Part shown: piece after piece, positions 23,042-33,657 of the stretch
Layout of the letters: each line of letters begins with the position of its first letter
Numbering within the stretch: position 1 is the stretch's first letter
NCBI GenBank assembly: GCA_965224085.1
Contig: CBDCYI010000005.1
Coordinates: forward strand, 736,001-800,000
Reading direction: 5' to 3'
DNA length: 64,000 bases
DNA from: Candidatus Marinacidobacterales bacterium
GTDB taxonomy: Bacteria; Acidobacteriota; Vicinamibacteria; Marinacidobacterales; SMYC01
Made by a program: the position numbers and the translations under genes
Notes under the pieces: model-generated
Seen by the model: only the letters and a program-made list of their open reading frames with translations
Databases searched by the model: none
What the model was told of the DNA's origin: nothing

Positions 23042-24423
23042 GCGCTCTTTTCTCGAAAAAGACGCGGGTTCACTTCGTGGGCATCGGTGGGATCGGCATG
23101 AGCGGTATTGCCGAAGTGCTTCTGAACCTCGGCTATACCGTGAGCGGTAGTGATCTGAAGACCACGACGTTGACCGAGCGGCTCGCGAAGCTCGGAGCGA
23201 AAGTGGATGCCGGTCACCGTGTCGAGCACGTGCAAGATGTTGACGTCGTCGTCGTTTCCTCTGCGGTGCGTGACGACAACCCTGAAGTAGTGGAAGCGAA
23301 CAGGCGGCAAGTACCGCTCATTCCTCGGGCGGAAATGCTTGCGGAGCTCATGCGGCTCAAATACGGTATCGCGGTCGCGGGCTCGCACGGGAAGACGACG
23401 ACCACGTCGATGATTGCCGTACTTCTCGACGACGCGGGCCTCGACCCGACGATGGTCATCGGCGGGCGCATCGCGGCGCTCGGCGGGAACGCGAAACTCG
23501 GGGGCTCCGATCTCATGGTGGTCGAGGCGGACGAATCGGACCGGAGCTTCCTGCAATTGTCTCCCGTTCTTGCCATCGTCACCGGGATCGACTACGAGCA
23601 CATGGAAGCCTATCGGGACATGGACGATCTCGAGACCGCTTTTGTCGACTTCGTGAACAAAGTGCCTTTTTACGGCACGTCCATTCTCTGCCTCGACGAA
23701 GAGCGGGTACAGGACATCTTGCCAAGAATCCGCCGCCGTCACGTGACCTATGGATTTTCTTCTCAGGCCGATATCTCGGCACAAGACGTGCGACTCGAAG
23801 GCGCGGGCTCGCGTTTCGAGCTGAGGCTCTCCGGCGAGTCCGTCGGTGAAGTGCGCCTTCTGATTCCGGGACGCGTGAGTGTCCTGAACAGTCTGGCCGC
23901 GATCGGCGTCGGTCTCGAGCTCGGCCTCGAGCTCGACCAAATCCGCTCCGGTCTCGAGTCTTTTTCGGGCGTGGACCGTCGTTTTCAAGTGAAGGTTGAC
24001 GCGGCGGGGATTATCGTCGTCGATGATTACGGGCATCATCCCACGGAGATTCGCGCGACGCTCGCGACGGCAAAGGACGCCTTCGCGCGGCGCACCGTCG
24101 TCATCTTTCAGCCTCACCGCTATTCGCGTGTCGAGGCTCTCTTCGAGGAGTTTTGCCGAGCTTTTCATCAGGCGGACTTACTCGTCGTCACGGATATCTA
24201 TCCGGCGGGGGAGGAGCCTCGGCCGGGCGTGAGCGGTGAGCAGCTTGCGGAAGGAATCAAGAAGCACGGGCACCGGCACGTGCGCTTCGTTTCCGAGATC
24301 GACGATGTGCCGGAGGCGCTCCGCGACACGCTCGAGGAGGGCGATCTCGTCTTGACGCTCGGAGCGGGAAGTGTGACGACGGTCTCGGACAAGCTTGCGG
24401 AGGTTGTGCGTGAGCGGCCCTGA
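23038..24423 (+). CDS. murC: UDP-MurNAc--L-alanine ligase
   Basis: [41 protein letters not shown]. Confidence 0.98.
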   Translation: MSALFSKKTRVHFVGIGGIGMSGIAEVLLNLGYTVSGSDLKTTTLTERLAKLGAKVDAGHRVEHVQDVDVVVVSSAVRDDNPEVVEANRRQVPLIPRAEMLAELMRLKYGIAVAGSHGKTTTTSMIAVLLDDAGLDPTMVIGGRIAALGGNAKLGGSDLMVVEADESDRSFLQLSPVLAIVTGIDYEHMEAYRDMDDLETAFVDFVNKVPFYGTSILCLDEERVQDILPRIRRRHVTYGFSSQADISAQDVRLEGAGSRFELRLSGESVGEVRLLIPGRVSVLNSLAAIGVGLELGLELDQIRSGLESFSGVDRRFQVKVDAAGIIVVDDYGHHPTEIRATLATAKDAFARRTVVIFQPHRYSRVEALFEEFCRAFHQADLLVVTDIYPAGEEPRPGVSGEQLAEGIKKHGHRHVRFVSEIDDVPEALRDTLEEGDLVLTLGAGSVTTVSDKLAEVVRERP

Positions 24424-25354
24424 TATATCTGACACGCCTGTCACGCCTGACAGAATTTCCGCGATCACGCGGGAACTCGAAAAACGGGAGATCCCTTTCT
24501 TCCGTGAAGAAAAGCTGGCGCGCTATACCACCATCCGGATCGGCGGGCCCGCTGAGCTATTCGTTCGTCCCCGCACGGTGGAGGAGTTGAGCGCGGTCAT
24601 CGACTTAGCGCAGTCGGAGGCCGTGCCCGTACGTGTTCTCGGCGCGGGTAGCAACGTGCTCGTGAGTGACGAAGGGGTCCGCGGCATCGTGCTGCACACG
24701 CGAGCGCTCGACGAGGTTCGCTTCGAGGAAGGTGGCGTGGTGCAAGCCGGGGCCGGCGTGCATTTTCCGACGCTTGTGCGCAAAGCCACCGCCAAAGGCT
24801 TGCGTGGGCTCGAAGCTGGGGTGGGCATACCAGGCTCGCTCGGCGGTGTCTTGACGATGAATGCCGGGGCCTATCAATTCTCGATTGGGCCCCTCGTCGA
24901 AGAGGTTGACGTTATCGCTGTTTCACCCAGTCGGGGACTTTTGACGCTCGCCGGGGACGCGATCGATTTTCGCTACCGCGCATCGTCCTTCGGCCGAGAC
25001 TTGATCGTCGCGCGTTCGCGGCTCGTGCTGGCCGAGGACGATCCGCGGGCCGTCCGCACCGACATGGATCAGCACATGCGCTTCCGCAAGGAGACGCAGC
25101 CCGTCGGTGTCAAGAGCTCTGGATGCATTTTCAAGAACCCGGAAGGCGGCTCGGCGGGAAAGCTCCTCGACGAGCTCGGGCTCAAAGGATTCCGCCTCGG
25201 GAAAGCGCGCATCTCGGACGTGCATGCGAACTTCATCGTGCATGACGGCGTGGCCCAAGCGTCGGAGATTCTCGATCTTATCGATGTCGTAAGAACACGT
25301 GTCCGAAAAGAGATGTCGATCGAGCTTGAGCGGGAGATCATGACGTGGAACTGA
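24410..25354 (+). CDS. murB: UDP-N-acetylenolpyruvoylglucosamine reductase
   Basis: [41 protein letters not shown]; GTG start 6 nt after GGAGG. Confidence 0.95.
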   Translation: MSGPDISDTPVTPDRISAITRELEKREIPFFREEKLARYTTIRIGGPAELFVRPRTVEELSAVIDLAQSEAVPVRVLGAGSNVLVSDEGVRGIVLHTRALDEVRFEEGGVVQAGAGVHFPTLVRKATAKGLRGLEAGVGIPGSLGGVLTMNAGAYQFSIGPLVEEVDVIAVSPSRGLLTLAGDAIDFRYRASSFGRDLIVARSRLVLAEDDPRAVRTDMDQHMRFRKETQPVGVKSSGCIFKNPEGGSAGKLLDELGLKGFRLGKARISDVHANFIVHDGVAQASEILDLIDVVRTRVRKEMSIELEREIMTWN

Positions 25355-26220
25355 AAAAGACGTCGACCCCGCGCGAGCGCTTTCTCCGCGGCAAGATGCA
25401 ACGTGTCCGGCCGGGTCGGCGGGTCGGCGGCGTGCTCCGTTGGTTCGGTTTGCTCGCGGCGCTTACCGGGCTCGCCGCCGTTTTCGTCTGGACGGTGGCG
25501 ACCGCGGGACAGGCACCGGAGCTCGCAGTGGCCCGTGTGCTCGTGGAAGGCAACGAGCAGCTTTCGGATGGCGAGATCCTGGAGCTGCTCGAGTTCTCCG
25601 AAGGTGCCAATATTCTGACGCTCGATCTCGAAGTCGTACGAGAGAGACTTCTACGTTCTGCTTGGGTGCGCGATGTCGAGCTCGAGCGGGTATTGCCGCG
25701 CACGCTGACGCTAAGGATCGCGGAGCGCTCACCGGTCGCGATCGCGGTCTTGGGCGAGCTCTATTTGTTGGCTGCGGACGGCACGATGCTCGACGAATTA
25801 GCACCGCATTACGACATCGAGAAGTTCGTGCTGATACGCGGTCTGCGGGATGAGGATGGTGTCGTCCCCGCACGTGCCGCGCTCGCAGGACGAATAGCTG
25901 CGGCGCTAATGGCGCGGGAATCGCTTGCGGCTCTGGTTTCGGAGCTCGACGTCTCCGAGGGCGACGGCTCGGTGACCGTTCGACTTCGGGAGCCGGCGAT
26001 CACGTTCCTCGTGCACAGCGCGACGATGGTCGTGCGCCTCGAGAAGCTTGTCCCGCTCTTGGACGGGTTACAGAAGCGCTACAGGGCGCTCGATGTCGTC
26101 GATTTGAGATTCGATGGCAGGATCTATTTGCGGCTGAGAGACGTCGCAGGAGCCAAAACATTCAAAGGACGCGAGATCTATACCGCGGCCACATTCGTCC
26201 CCGGAGGTGCGTCATTCTGA
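25345..26220 (+). CDS. ftsQ: cell division protein FtsQ/DivIB
   Basis: TM, POTRA (V.GN..LS, WV....R.LP.TL...I.ER.P), terminal DLRF; upstream of ftsA. Confidence 0.92.
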   Translation: MELKKTSTPRERFLRGKMQRVRPGRRVGGVLRWFGLLAALTGLAAVFVWTVATAGQAPELAVARVLVEGNEQLSDGEILELLEFSEGANILTLDLEVVRERLLRSAWVRDVELERVLPRTLTLRIAERSPVAIAVLGELYLLAADGTMLDELAPHYDIEKFVLIRGLRDEDGVVPARAALAGRIAAALMARESLAALVSELDVSEGDGSVTVRLREPAITFLVHSATMVVRLEKLVPLLDGLQKRYRALDVVDLRFDGRIYLRLRDVAGAKTFKGREIYTAATFVPGGASF

Positions 26221-27461
26221 GCAAAAGAGACAAATACATCGTAGGCCTTGACATCGGCACGACGAAGGTCACGGCTATCGTCGCCGAATTTGCGGAAGCA
26301 GGGCGCATCGATATCATCGGTATCGGCTCCACCGGGTCCAAGGGACTGCGCAAAGGAATGGTGATAAACCTCGAGCAGACTGTGGATTCCATCAAGCGGG
26401 TGGTGGACGAGGCCGAGCTCATGGCCGGTGTCGAGATCGAGCACGCGCATGTGGGCCTGGCGGGCAGTCACATCAAAGGATTCAACAGCCGAGCGGTGGT
26501 CGCGATAACGAACGAGAATCGAGAGATCACCCGGGAAGACGTCTTTCGTGCCATCGACGCTGCGAAAGCGATTTCTCTTCCTAACGATCGCGAAATCGTT
26601 CACGTGCTCCCACAGGAATTCGTGGTCGACGGCCATGACGGTATCAATGATCCAACGGGGATGACGGGATCGCGTCTCGAGGCGAACGTCCACATCATCA
26701 CGTCCGGGGCGACGGCGACTCAGAATATCGTGACTTGCGTTAACCGCGCCGGGATGGAGGTCACGGAGACCGTCCTCGAGCAGCTCGCGGCTGCGGAAGC
26801 GGTACTGACGCCGGACGAGAAGGAGCTGGGGGTGGCGCTCGTCGACATTGGCGGCGGCACGACGGATCTCGCGATCTTCGACAAAGGCACGATTTGGCAC
26901 ACATCGGTTCTCCCGACGGGCGGCGACCACTTCACAAACGATGTCGCCGTGGGTCTGAGGACGCCCATCGCCGAGGCCGAGAAGATCAAGAGGAAATACG
27001 GGTGCTGTCTCTCCACGATGGTCTCGGACGAGGACACGATCGAAGTGCCGAGCGTCGGCGGGCGCAAAGCCCGCATTCTCGGGCGGCAGCTTCTCTCCGA
27101 CATCCTGCAGCCGCGGGCGGAGGAAGTTTGCCACCTCGTCTACGAAGAAATCCGACGTGCGGGATATGAGCGTGTCTTGAACTCGGGCATCGTTTTCACG
27201 GGAGGGAGCGCGGCCCTCGAGGGTCTCGCCGAAGTCGCCGATCGTATTTTCGACATGCCGATCCGCTGCGGCACGCCGAGCGGTGTTGGAGGCCTCGTCG
27301 ATGTCGTGGCCAATCCGTCCTACGCCACCGCGGTAGGGCTTGTCCTCTACGCGCACCATATCCGGAGCAACAAGCTGATCCCGTCGAGCACTTCGGGTCC
27401 GTGGTGGAAATTTTGGGAACGGTTTCGCCGTCTGGTGAATGTTTCCATTTCAGGAGGTTGA
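26217..27461 (+). CDS. ftsA: cell division protein FtsA (non-canonical CTG start inferred)
   Basis: In-frame SKRDKYIVGLDIGTTKV lies upstream of the ORF-track start; DIGGGTTD, AEKIK, FTGGSA, YATAVGL. Confidence 0.95.
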   Translation: MSKRDKYIVGLDIGTTKVTAIVAEFAEAGRIDIIGIGSTGSKGLRKGMVINLEQTVDSIKRVVDEAELMAGVEIEHAHVGLAGSHIKGFNSRAVVAITNENREITREDVFRAIDAAKAISLPNDREIVHVLPQEFVVDGHDGINDPTGMTGSRLEANVHIITSGATATQNIVTCVNRAGMEVTETVLEQLAAAEAVLTPDEKELGVALVDIGGGTTDLAIFDKGTIWHTSVLPTGGDHFTNDVAVGLRTPIAEAEKIKRKYGCCLSTMVSDEDTIEVPSVGGRKARILGRQLLSDILQPRAEEVCHLVYEEIRRAGYERVLNSGIVFTGGSAALEGLAEVADRIFDMPIRCGTPSGVGGLVDVVANPSYATAVGLVLYAHHIRSNKLIPSSTSGPWWKFWERFRRLVNVSISGG

Positions 27462-27491
27462 AGCAGTGACAGAGCAAGGGAGGGTACAGGG

Positions 27492-28679
27492 ATGATTCGT
27501 TTCGAAGACGACAACCCCGCTTCGAGGGTGTCTTTCGATGACGGCACCGAGACCAAAGCCCGCATCAAAGTCATCGGGGTCGGAGGCGGCGGGAGCAACG
27601 CCGTGAATCGAATGATCGCATCCAGAATTGCGGGCGTCGAGTTTCTGGCGGCGAACACCGATCAGCAATCGCTTTCGGCGAGCCATGCGCCCGACAAGAT
27701 CACGCTCGGTGCGAAGCTCACCAAAGGACTCGGCTGCGGTGCGGATCCGGAGATCGGCCAGCAGGCCGCGCTCGAGGATACCGAGAAAATTCTCGAATCC
27801 ATTGAGGGCGCGGATATGGTGTTCATCACCGCGGGACTCGGCGGCGGAACGGGCACGGGGGGGGCTCCGATCGTGGCCTCTCTCGCAACCGAGCTCGGGG
27901 CGCTCACGGTGGCCGTTGTCACCAAGCCCTTCACCTTCGAGGGGCGCCGCCGGCAGCAGCAAGCGGAAGAAGGTGCGCGTGAGCTACGGGATCAGGTCGA
28001 TACGCTCATTTCGATCCCGAACGATCGTTTGCTGCAGACGGTCGAGCGCACAACATCGCTCTCGGAAGCGTTCAGCACCGCGGACGATGTGCTACGTCAA
28101 GCTGTTCAAGGTATTTCCGATCTGATCACGGTGCCGGGTCTCATCAATCTGGACTTCGCCGATGTGCGCACCATCATGCGCGGTATGGGCGATGCCGTGA
28201 TGGGGACGGGTATCGCGGAAGGCGAGAAGCGTGCGGAAGATGCCGCCAAGATGGCCATCAGCAGCCCGCTCCTCGAGGACGCTTCGGTCGACGGAGCGAA
28301 GGGCGTCATCATCAACATCACCGGAGGCGAAGATATGGGCCTTCTCGAAGTGAACGATGCATCTTCGATTATCTACGAAGCGGCTGACGTCGAGGCGAAC
28401 ATCATCTTCGGTGCTGTCGTCGATCCAAAGATGACGGGCAAGATGAAGGTAACCGTCATCGCGACAGGCTTCAACCGTTTCGAAGGTAGCGGTCGGCGCC
28501 AGACGGTGACGCCGGTCGATATCCAAAACTACAAGCCGCCGAAGGAAATGGCCGCGGGAAGCGAGGAGTTCTATCGGAAAGGCGAGGACAACCTCGCTGC
28601 CGACCTCGATTTCGACACCGTCGAGACGGAGAATGGAGAAGACCTCGACGTCCCGACTTTTCTGAGAAGGAAAACTTAA
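27492..28679 (+). CDS. ftsZ: cell division protein FtsZ
   Basis: [19 protein letters not shown] tubulin motif, INLDFAD, C-terminal LDVPTFLR. Confidence 0.99.
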   Translation: MIRFEDDNPASRVSFDDGTETKARIKVIGVGGGGSNAVNRMIASRIAGVEFLAANTDQQSLSASHAPDKITLGAKLTKGLGCGADPEIGQQAALEDTEKILESIEGADMVFITAGLGGGTGTGGAPIVASLATELGALTVAVVTKPFTFEGRRRQQQAEEGARELRDQVDTLISIPNDRLLQTVERTTSLSEAFSTADDVLRQAVQGISDLITVPGLINLDFADVRTIMRGMGDAVMGTGIAEGEKRAEDAAKMAISSPLLEDASVDGAKGVIINITGGEDMGLLEVNDASSIIYEAADVEANIIFGAVVDPKMTGKMKVTVIATGFNRFEGSGRRQTVTPVDIQNYKPPKEMAAGSEEFYRKGEDNLAADLDFDTVETENGEDLDVPTFLRRKT

Positions 28680-28707
28680 TCACCCATCAGCTATCGGCTT
28701 TCAGTTG

Positions 28708-28755
28708 CGGTCGGTCGGGATCCACCCTCCCCCCCTCTCGACCGACCGTCTCTTT
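28708..28755 (+). terminator. intrinsic terminator after ftsZ
   Basis: CGGTCGGTCGGGA...TCTCGACCGACCG 13-bp stem followed by TCTCTTT. Confidence 0.7.
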
Positions 28756-28788
28756 CGGCAGAGCGTTCTCCTCCTCGAAATCTTTTAG

Positions 28789-29468
28789 ATGAATGACCAA
28801 CCGCGAGCGGGCGAGCGAAGATGGAGGCGCTTCGTCGAGCGCGTCCAAGGCGGCGAGAGCCTGCCTTTTTCAGAACATTGGAGAACGTTCAAAGGCGCTT
28901 ATCGTGATTGGCCAGCTGACGATGGGCCGCCTCCCGCATGGTGGCCGAGTGCGGCGACCCTGGAACGTTCGAACCTATCGTCTTTTGCGGCCGAGATGGG
29001 TCTCGACGATTACGAAGCGCTCCATCGCTATACCCTCGAACATCGAGGGGAGTTTTGGGAGCGGGTCGTCGCCCGGCTCGGAATTCTCTTTGAGAAAAAC
29101 GCGGACATGGTCCTCGACCTTTCGGACGACCCCGAGCATCCTCGTTGGTTTGCGGGCGCGACGCTCGAGATCACGCGGAGTTGCTTCCAAGCTCCGGGAG
29201 AGATTTCCGCGATCGTCTACGGGCGTGAGGAGGACGGAGCCGTCGAGCGTTTCAGCTACCAGGAGCTCGAAGATCGTGTGAACCAGTTTGCCCACGGACT
29301 CGCCGAGCGCGGGCTCGAGCCCGGCGACAGCGTGGCCCTCTACATGCCGATGACACCGGAATGCGTGGTTGCCTATCTCGGCACGGTCAGGTCGGGCTGC
29401 CGCGTCGTTTCGATCGCGGATAGTTTCTCGTCCGAGGAGCTCGCGAGCCGAATGGATATCGCCGCTGC
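28789..29468 (+). pseudogene. acetyl/acyl-CoA synthetase-like gene truncated by IS insertion
   Basis: ACS N-terminal features (FW..V...LGI.F, P.WF.GA, SY.EL...VNQFA.GL...GL..GD.VALYMPM..E, SIADSFS); homology ends at the IS end, before the AMP-binding motif. Confidence 0.85.
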
Positions 29469-30559
29469 CCTGCCTTGGTGCACAACTCCGATAGAGGCCG
29501 ATAGCTCGCTTGGCCCCGACTCCCATCATCCGATCATCTCGCTATCAGGCATCCCGAGCGCCGTCATGGTGTTGAGAATCTTGCACCCGATCCTTGCCTC
29601 GACTCTCTGTGCCGCCAACCCTCTCGCTCGCATCGCTGAGCCCACGATAGCCTTGTAGCGATGGAACGTTGTCTCGACTTTGCTCCGTTTGCTGTAGCCC
29701 GATTCTGTGTGCCACTTTCGTTTGCCGAGCCGAGCTTGTGCTGCAATGTTGCGATTGCGCTGTCGGCTGCTCGCCGGCCCCGATGCGAGCAGGGCGCCCT
29801 TGCGCGGCGGTATCAGCACCCTCGGCGAGCGATGAGCGCTGTGATTCTCGATTGCCTCATAGACGCCGCTGGCGTCGTATGCGGTGTCAGCTCTGGCCGA
29901 TGAGATGGGACTGTCGCTCTGTCTGACAAGCGATGCAACCCGCGATGAATCGCGGGCTCTTTTGCTCGTCAGCTCGCCGGCGACGACTTCGCCACTCTGC
30001 TCGTCGACACACAGATGGAGCTTGCGATAGTCCCTGCTATTTGGTGCTCTGCGCAGCTGGCCGGCGTGGACAGCGAGACCGCTGCTGTCGATCAAGATGT
30101 GCAACGGCGTCTTCTGCTTGTCTTGGTAGAAGGGGACCTTACCCAGCTTCGCCTTGCGCCTCGAGATCGTGGTGTGATCGGGCACATCATTGTCTAGCTT
30201 CATCAGAGCGAACAACGACCGCAGCAATCCCTCGCTCTGTCTAGATGACAGATGAAACACCATGCCCAGGGTGACAGCCGTCTCGATGGCGTGGTTCGAG
30301 TACTTGCGTTGACGGCCCGGTTTCCTCCTCCTCGGCCGGGGCGCGTCCCAGTTCACAAGCTTGCCGGCGGTGAGCGAGATCCAGACGGTCAGGCTCCCAC
30401 GGTTGCGTAGACCCGCCTCATATTCACGCCAATTCCTCACGCGATAGGCCTTCTTCACATACTTCCGCTGAGTGCGTTTGAAAATGCTCATGGGGAACCT
30501 CGAATCCGTGAGTAAAGGACAATTGTGGACCGAGATCGCGAGTTGTGCACCAAGGCAGG
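29469..30559 (-). mobile_element. IS5-family (IS903-like) insertion sequence
   Basis: Perfect 20-bp terminal inverted repeats CCTGCCTTGGTGCACAACTC (29469-29488) and GAGTTGTGCACCAAGGCAGG (30540-30559) enclosing a transposase; no flanking direct repeat. Confidence 0.92.
29526..30491 (-). CDS. IS5-family transposase
   Basis: YRVRNW.EY...L..RGSLTVW, PDHTTISRR, IDSSGL, RKLHL, ADTAYD, GY..RS.VET...RYK, LN.M..LGMP. Confidence 0.93.
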   Translation of the reverse strand: MSIFKRTQRKYVKKAYRVRNWREYEAGLRNRGSLTVWISLTAGKLVNWDAPRPRRRKPGRQRKYSNHAIETAVTLGMVFHLSSRQSEGLLRSLFALMKLDNDVPDHTTISRRKAKLGKVPFYQDKQKTPLHILIDSSGLAVHAGQLRRAPNSRDYRKLHLCVDEQSGEVVAGELTSKRARDSSRVASLVRQSDSPISSARADTAYDASGVYEAIENHSAHRSPRVLIPPRKGALLASGPASSRQRNRNIAAQARLGKRKWHTESGYSKRSKVETTFHRYKAIVGSAMRARGLAAQRVEARIGCKILNTMTALGMPDSEMIG

Positions 30560-30585
30560 CAGCCGATAGCAAACCCGAATACGAG

Positions 30586-32055
30586 CTACCGTATCATCGC
30601 CCTCCTGGACTCCCCCGAGTAGTTGATGAAGACCGTCTTGAGCTCGGTAAAGAAGTGCAACCCTTCTTCCGACATCTCGCGGTCTCCGACGCCCGTCGAT
30701 TTCACGCCTCCGAAAGGAAGCTGCGCTTCCCCGCCAATCGTCGGCTCGTTGATGTGGACCATACCCGTCTCGACCTCGTCGATGAACTTCATGACGTGGT
30801 TTATGTCTCGGGTGAAGATGGAAGTCGTGAGACCGAACTCGACCGAGTTCGCCACCTGCAGGGCTTGTTCGAGGTTGTTCGCGCTCGCCACGGAGAGCAC
30901 CGGCCCGAAGACCTCTTCCTGAAAGATTCGCATCTCGGGTTTCACGTTGTCGAAAATCGTTGGCTCGACAAAATAACCGTCCCCGAGCCCTGCCGGCTTG
31001 CCGCCGCCGGTCACGAGCGTGGCGCCTTCGCTCTTTGCAATCTCGATATATTCGAGATTGGTACTGAACTGACCTTCGTCGACAGCCGGCCCCATATCGA
31101 CACTTTCATCGAGCCCGGAACCGACTCTGATGTCTTTTGCGAAGGCCGCAAGCCGCTCGACGAGCTCCGCTTTCACGGACTGGGCGGCGATGACGCGAGA
31201 GGTCGCGGTGCAACGCTGACCCGTCGAGCCAAAAGCACCGTCACGAATCGCAACGGCCGCCTTTTCCAGATCGGCATCCGCCATGACGATGACGGCGTTC
31301 TTTCCGCCCATCTCGCACGTGACTTTGGCACCGCGCGACGCCGCTTTGACATGAAGAGCGCTGCCGATCTCGTTTGAGCCGGTGAACGAGATGATGGGGA
31401 TGTGCGGTGAACTCACCATGACCTCACCGACTTCGGAGCCCGAGCCGATCACGAGGTTGAAGACACCGGCTGGCAAGCCTGCTTCCTCGTAGATCGCGGC
31501 AAGTACCGCCGCGGTTGCCGGCGTAAGCGATGCGGGCTTGAAGACGACGGCGTTTCCTGCGACGAGCGCGGGCGCGGACTTCCAGACCGGGATCGCCCAG
31601 GGAAAGTTCCATGGGGAGATGAGCCCTACGACGCCGACAGGCTGCCGGATGGTATAGGTGAAGGTGTCCCTCACTTCCGAGGGGAGCGTCTTGCCGCCCA
31701 TGCGAAACCCGGCACCCGCGTAATATTCGATGAGCGAGATACCTTTCATGACTTCGCCCCGCGCTTCGCGGAAGATCTTCCCTTCTTCGCGCGTCATCAG
31801 ACGGGCAATCTCGTCGACTCGTTGGCGCGCGATATCCGCCGCGCGCCAGAGAACGCGGCCCCGCTCCGGAGCCGGCGTCTTCTTCCACCCAGCGAAAGCC
31901 CGCCGCGCAGCGTCGATGGCACGCTCTGTATCGGCGGCCGTCGCCATGGGAAACTCACCGATCACGTCCTGGGTATTCGCGGGGTTGATGTTCTTGACGA
32001 GGCGTTCCGATTTGGATTGAAACCACTCGCCGTTGATGTAGGAACCACTATGCAT
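30586..32055 (-). CDS. aldehyde dehydrogenase (alpha-ketoglutaric semialdehyde dehydrogenase-like)
   Basis: PWNFP, FTGS, EMGGKN, GQRCTA (catalytic Cys), EEVFGPV, PFGGVK. Confidence 0.93.
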   Translation of the reverse strand: MHSGSYINGEWFQSKSERLVKNINPANTQDVIGEFPMATAADTERAIDAARRAFAGWKKTPAPERGRVLWRAADIARQRVDEIARLMTREEGKIFREARGEVMKGISLIEYYAGAGFRMGGKTLPSEVRDTFTYTIRQPVGVVGLISPWNFPWAIPVWKSAPALVAGNAVVFKPASLTPATAAVLAAIYEEAGLPAGVFNLVIGSGSEVGEVMVSSPHIPIISFTGSNEIGSALHVKAASRGAKVTCEMGGKNAVIVMADADLEKAAVAIRDGAFGSTGQRCTATSRVIAAQSVKAELVERLAAFAKDIRVGSGLDESVDMGPAVDEGQFSTNLEYIEIAKSEGATLVTGGGKPAGLGDGYFVEPTIFDNVKPEMRIFQEEVFGPVLSVASANNLEQALQVANSVEFGLTTSIFTRDINHVMKFIDEVETGMVHINEPTIGGEAQLPFGGVKSTGVGDREMSEEGLHFFTELKTVFINYSGESRRAMIR

Positions 32056-32167
32056 GCGAACCTCCGAAACCGCATAGCGTACTACAGTCTGCTATTCGCT
32101 GTTGCTGCGGCGAGCTACGTCTTCCGGCGTGTTGCAACGGCGGCGGTGGCACGCTTATTCTCTGCTC

Positions 32168-33565
32168 ATGAAGATAGACACCGTCATCAAGGGTGGGACG
32201 ATCGTCACCGCCGAGGACACCTATCAGGCCGATATCGGCATCGCCGACGGAAGGATTGCCGCGATCGGGCTCGCGATCGAGGGGGAAGCCGCGATCGATG
32301 CCTCGGGAAAGTACATCATGCCCGGCGGGCTCGACGTGCACACGCATCTCGACATGCCGTTCGGAGGGACGACGACGGCGGACGATTGGGAGAGCGGCAC
32401 GGTCGCGGCGGCCTGTGGCGGCACGACCACCATCATCGACTTCGCTATCCAGGATTTTGGGGAGACGCTCCACGCGGGCGTCGACGCTTGGCACCAGCGG
32501 GCGAACGGCCGCGCGGCGATCGACTACGCGTTTCACACCATCGTGCGCGAGCTCCACGACTCCCATTTGAAAGAAATGGACGAGCTCGTCGGCGAGGGCA
32601 TCACGAGCTTCAAGCTCTTCATGGCCTATCCCGGCGTCTTCATGGTCGACGACGCCACAATCTTCAAGGCCATGCTGCGCACGCGCGATAATGGCGGGCT
32701 CATCTGCATGCACGCCGAGAACGGCGGTGTCATCGACACGCTCGTGGAGCGCGCGCTCCGCGAAGGGCATACCGAGCCGAAGTGGCACGCGTTGACGCGA
32801 CCGATGAGCGCCGAAGCCGAAGCCACGCGTCGCGCCATCGCACTGGCCGAGATGGCCGACGTACCCGTATACATCGTGCACTTGTCCGCGGGTGACGCGA
32901 TGGAGGAGGTCCGCCGTGCGCGCGAGCGCGGCCTTCCGGTTTTCGCCGAGACCTGCCCTCAATATTTGTTTTTGTCCTACGAAGACTACGAAAAGCCGGG
33001 CTTCGAAGGCGCGAAATACGTGATGTCCCCTCCCCTTCGTCCGAAGGGGAACGAAGAGCGCCTCTGGAACGGCCTTCAGACCGGCGCGCTCCAAGCGGTC
33101 TCGACCGACCATTGCAGCTTTTGCATGAAAGAGAAGAAGCTCGGCGAAGCCGACTTCAGTAAGATTCCAAACGGTGCTCCCGGGATCGAGAACCGTTTGA
33201 TGCTGCTCTATGACGGCGGCGTCCACGGAGGGCGTATTAGCGCCAATCGTTTCGTCGAGCTCGTCTCCACCCGCCCCGCGAAGATCTTTGGCCTCTACCC
33301 GCGCAAAGGCTCCATCGCCGTGGGCGCGGACGCGGACTTACTGTTGTGGGATCCGAAGCGTAAATGGACGATTAGCGCCGAGACCCATCGCATGAAAGTG
33401 GATTACAGCGCCTACGAAGGCCGCGAAGTCACAGGCATTCCCGACAAAGTGCTTTTGCGCGGCAAAGTGATCGTGGATGACCAGAAACACGTCGGGAGCA
33501 TAAAAGAAGGCGCGTTCGTGAAACGCGAACCAGGCTCAGCGCGTACGCCCGAGGGCACAAGTTGA
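32168..33565 (+). CDS. hydA: dihydropyrimidinase / D-hydantoinase
   Basis: PGGLDVHTH, GGTTTIIDF, SFKLFMAY, HAENG, ETCPQYL, STDHC, IPNGAPGIE. Confidence 0.95.
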   Translation: MKIDTVIKGGTIVTAEDTYQADIGIADGRIAAIGLAIEGEAAIDASGKYIMPGGLDVHTHLDMPFGGTTTADDWESGTVAAACGGTTTIIDFAIQDFGETLHAGVDAWHQRANGRAAIDYAFHTIVRELHDSHLKEMDELVGEGITSFKLFMAYPGVFMVDDATIFKAMLRTRDNGGLICMHAENGGVIDTLVERALREGHTEPKWHALTRPMSAEAEATRRAIALAEMADVPVYIVHLSAGDAMEEVRRARERGLPVFAETCPQYLFLSYEDYEKPGFEGAKYVMSPPLRPKGNEERLWNGLQTGALQAVSTDHCSFCMKEKKLGEADFSKIPNGAPGIENRLMLLYDGGVHGGRISANRFVELVSTRPAKIFGLYPRKGSIAVGADADLLLWDPKRKWTISAETHRMKVDYSAYEGREVTGIPDKVLLRGKVIVDDQKHVGSIKEGAFVKREPGSARTPEGTS

Positions 33566-33574
33566 GTCGACATT

Positions 33575-33609
33575 AGGCTGACACATTCTATTGGATCCAT
33601 GTGTCGCCT
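33575..33609. terminator. hairpin between convergent hydA and cyclodeaminase genes
   Basis: AGGC(T)GACACA...TGTGTCGCCT; no clear U-tract. Confidence 0.4.
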
Positions 33610-33657
33610 GAAGACACCCTACAACTGTGTCCCCGCCAGTTCTCACTAATCCATCTT

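Noticed and set aside
29497-29505. GCCGATAGC shared with 30562-30570 as a target-site duplication
   Set aside because: The left copy lies inside the inverted repeats, so it cannot be a TSD
29469-29658. C-terminal part of the 289-aa ORF 28789-29658
   Set aside because: Read-through into IS sequence antisense to the transposase, not synthetase sequence
32147-32162. TGGCAC...TTCT as a sigma54 promoter for hydA
   Set aside because: Lacks the -12 GC, and the TSS would fall inside the CDS
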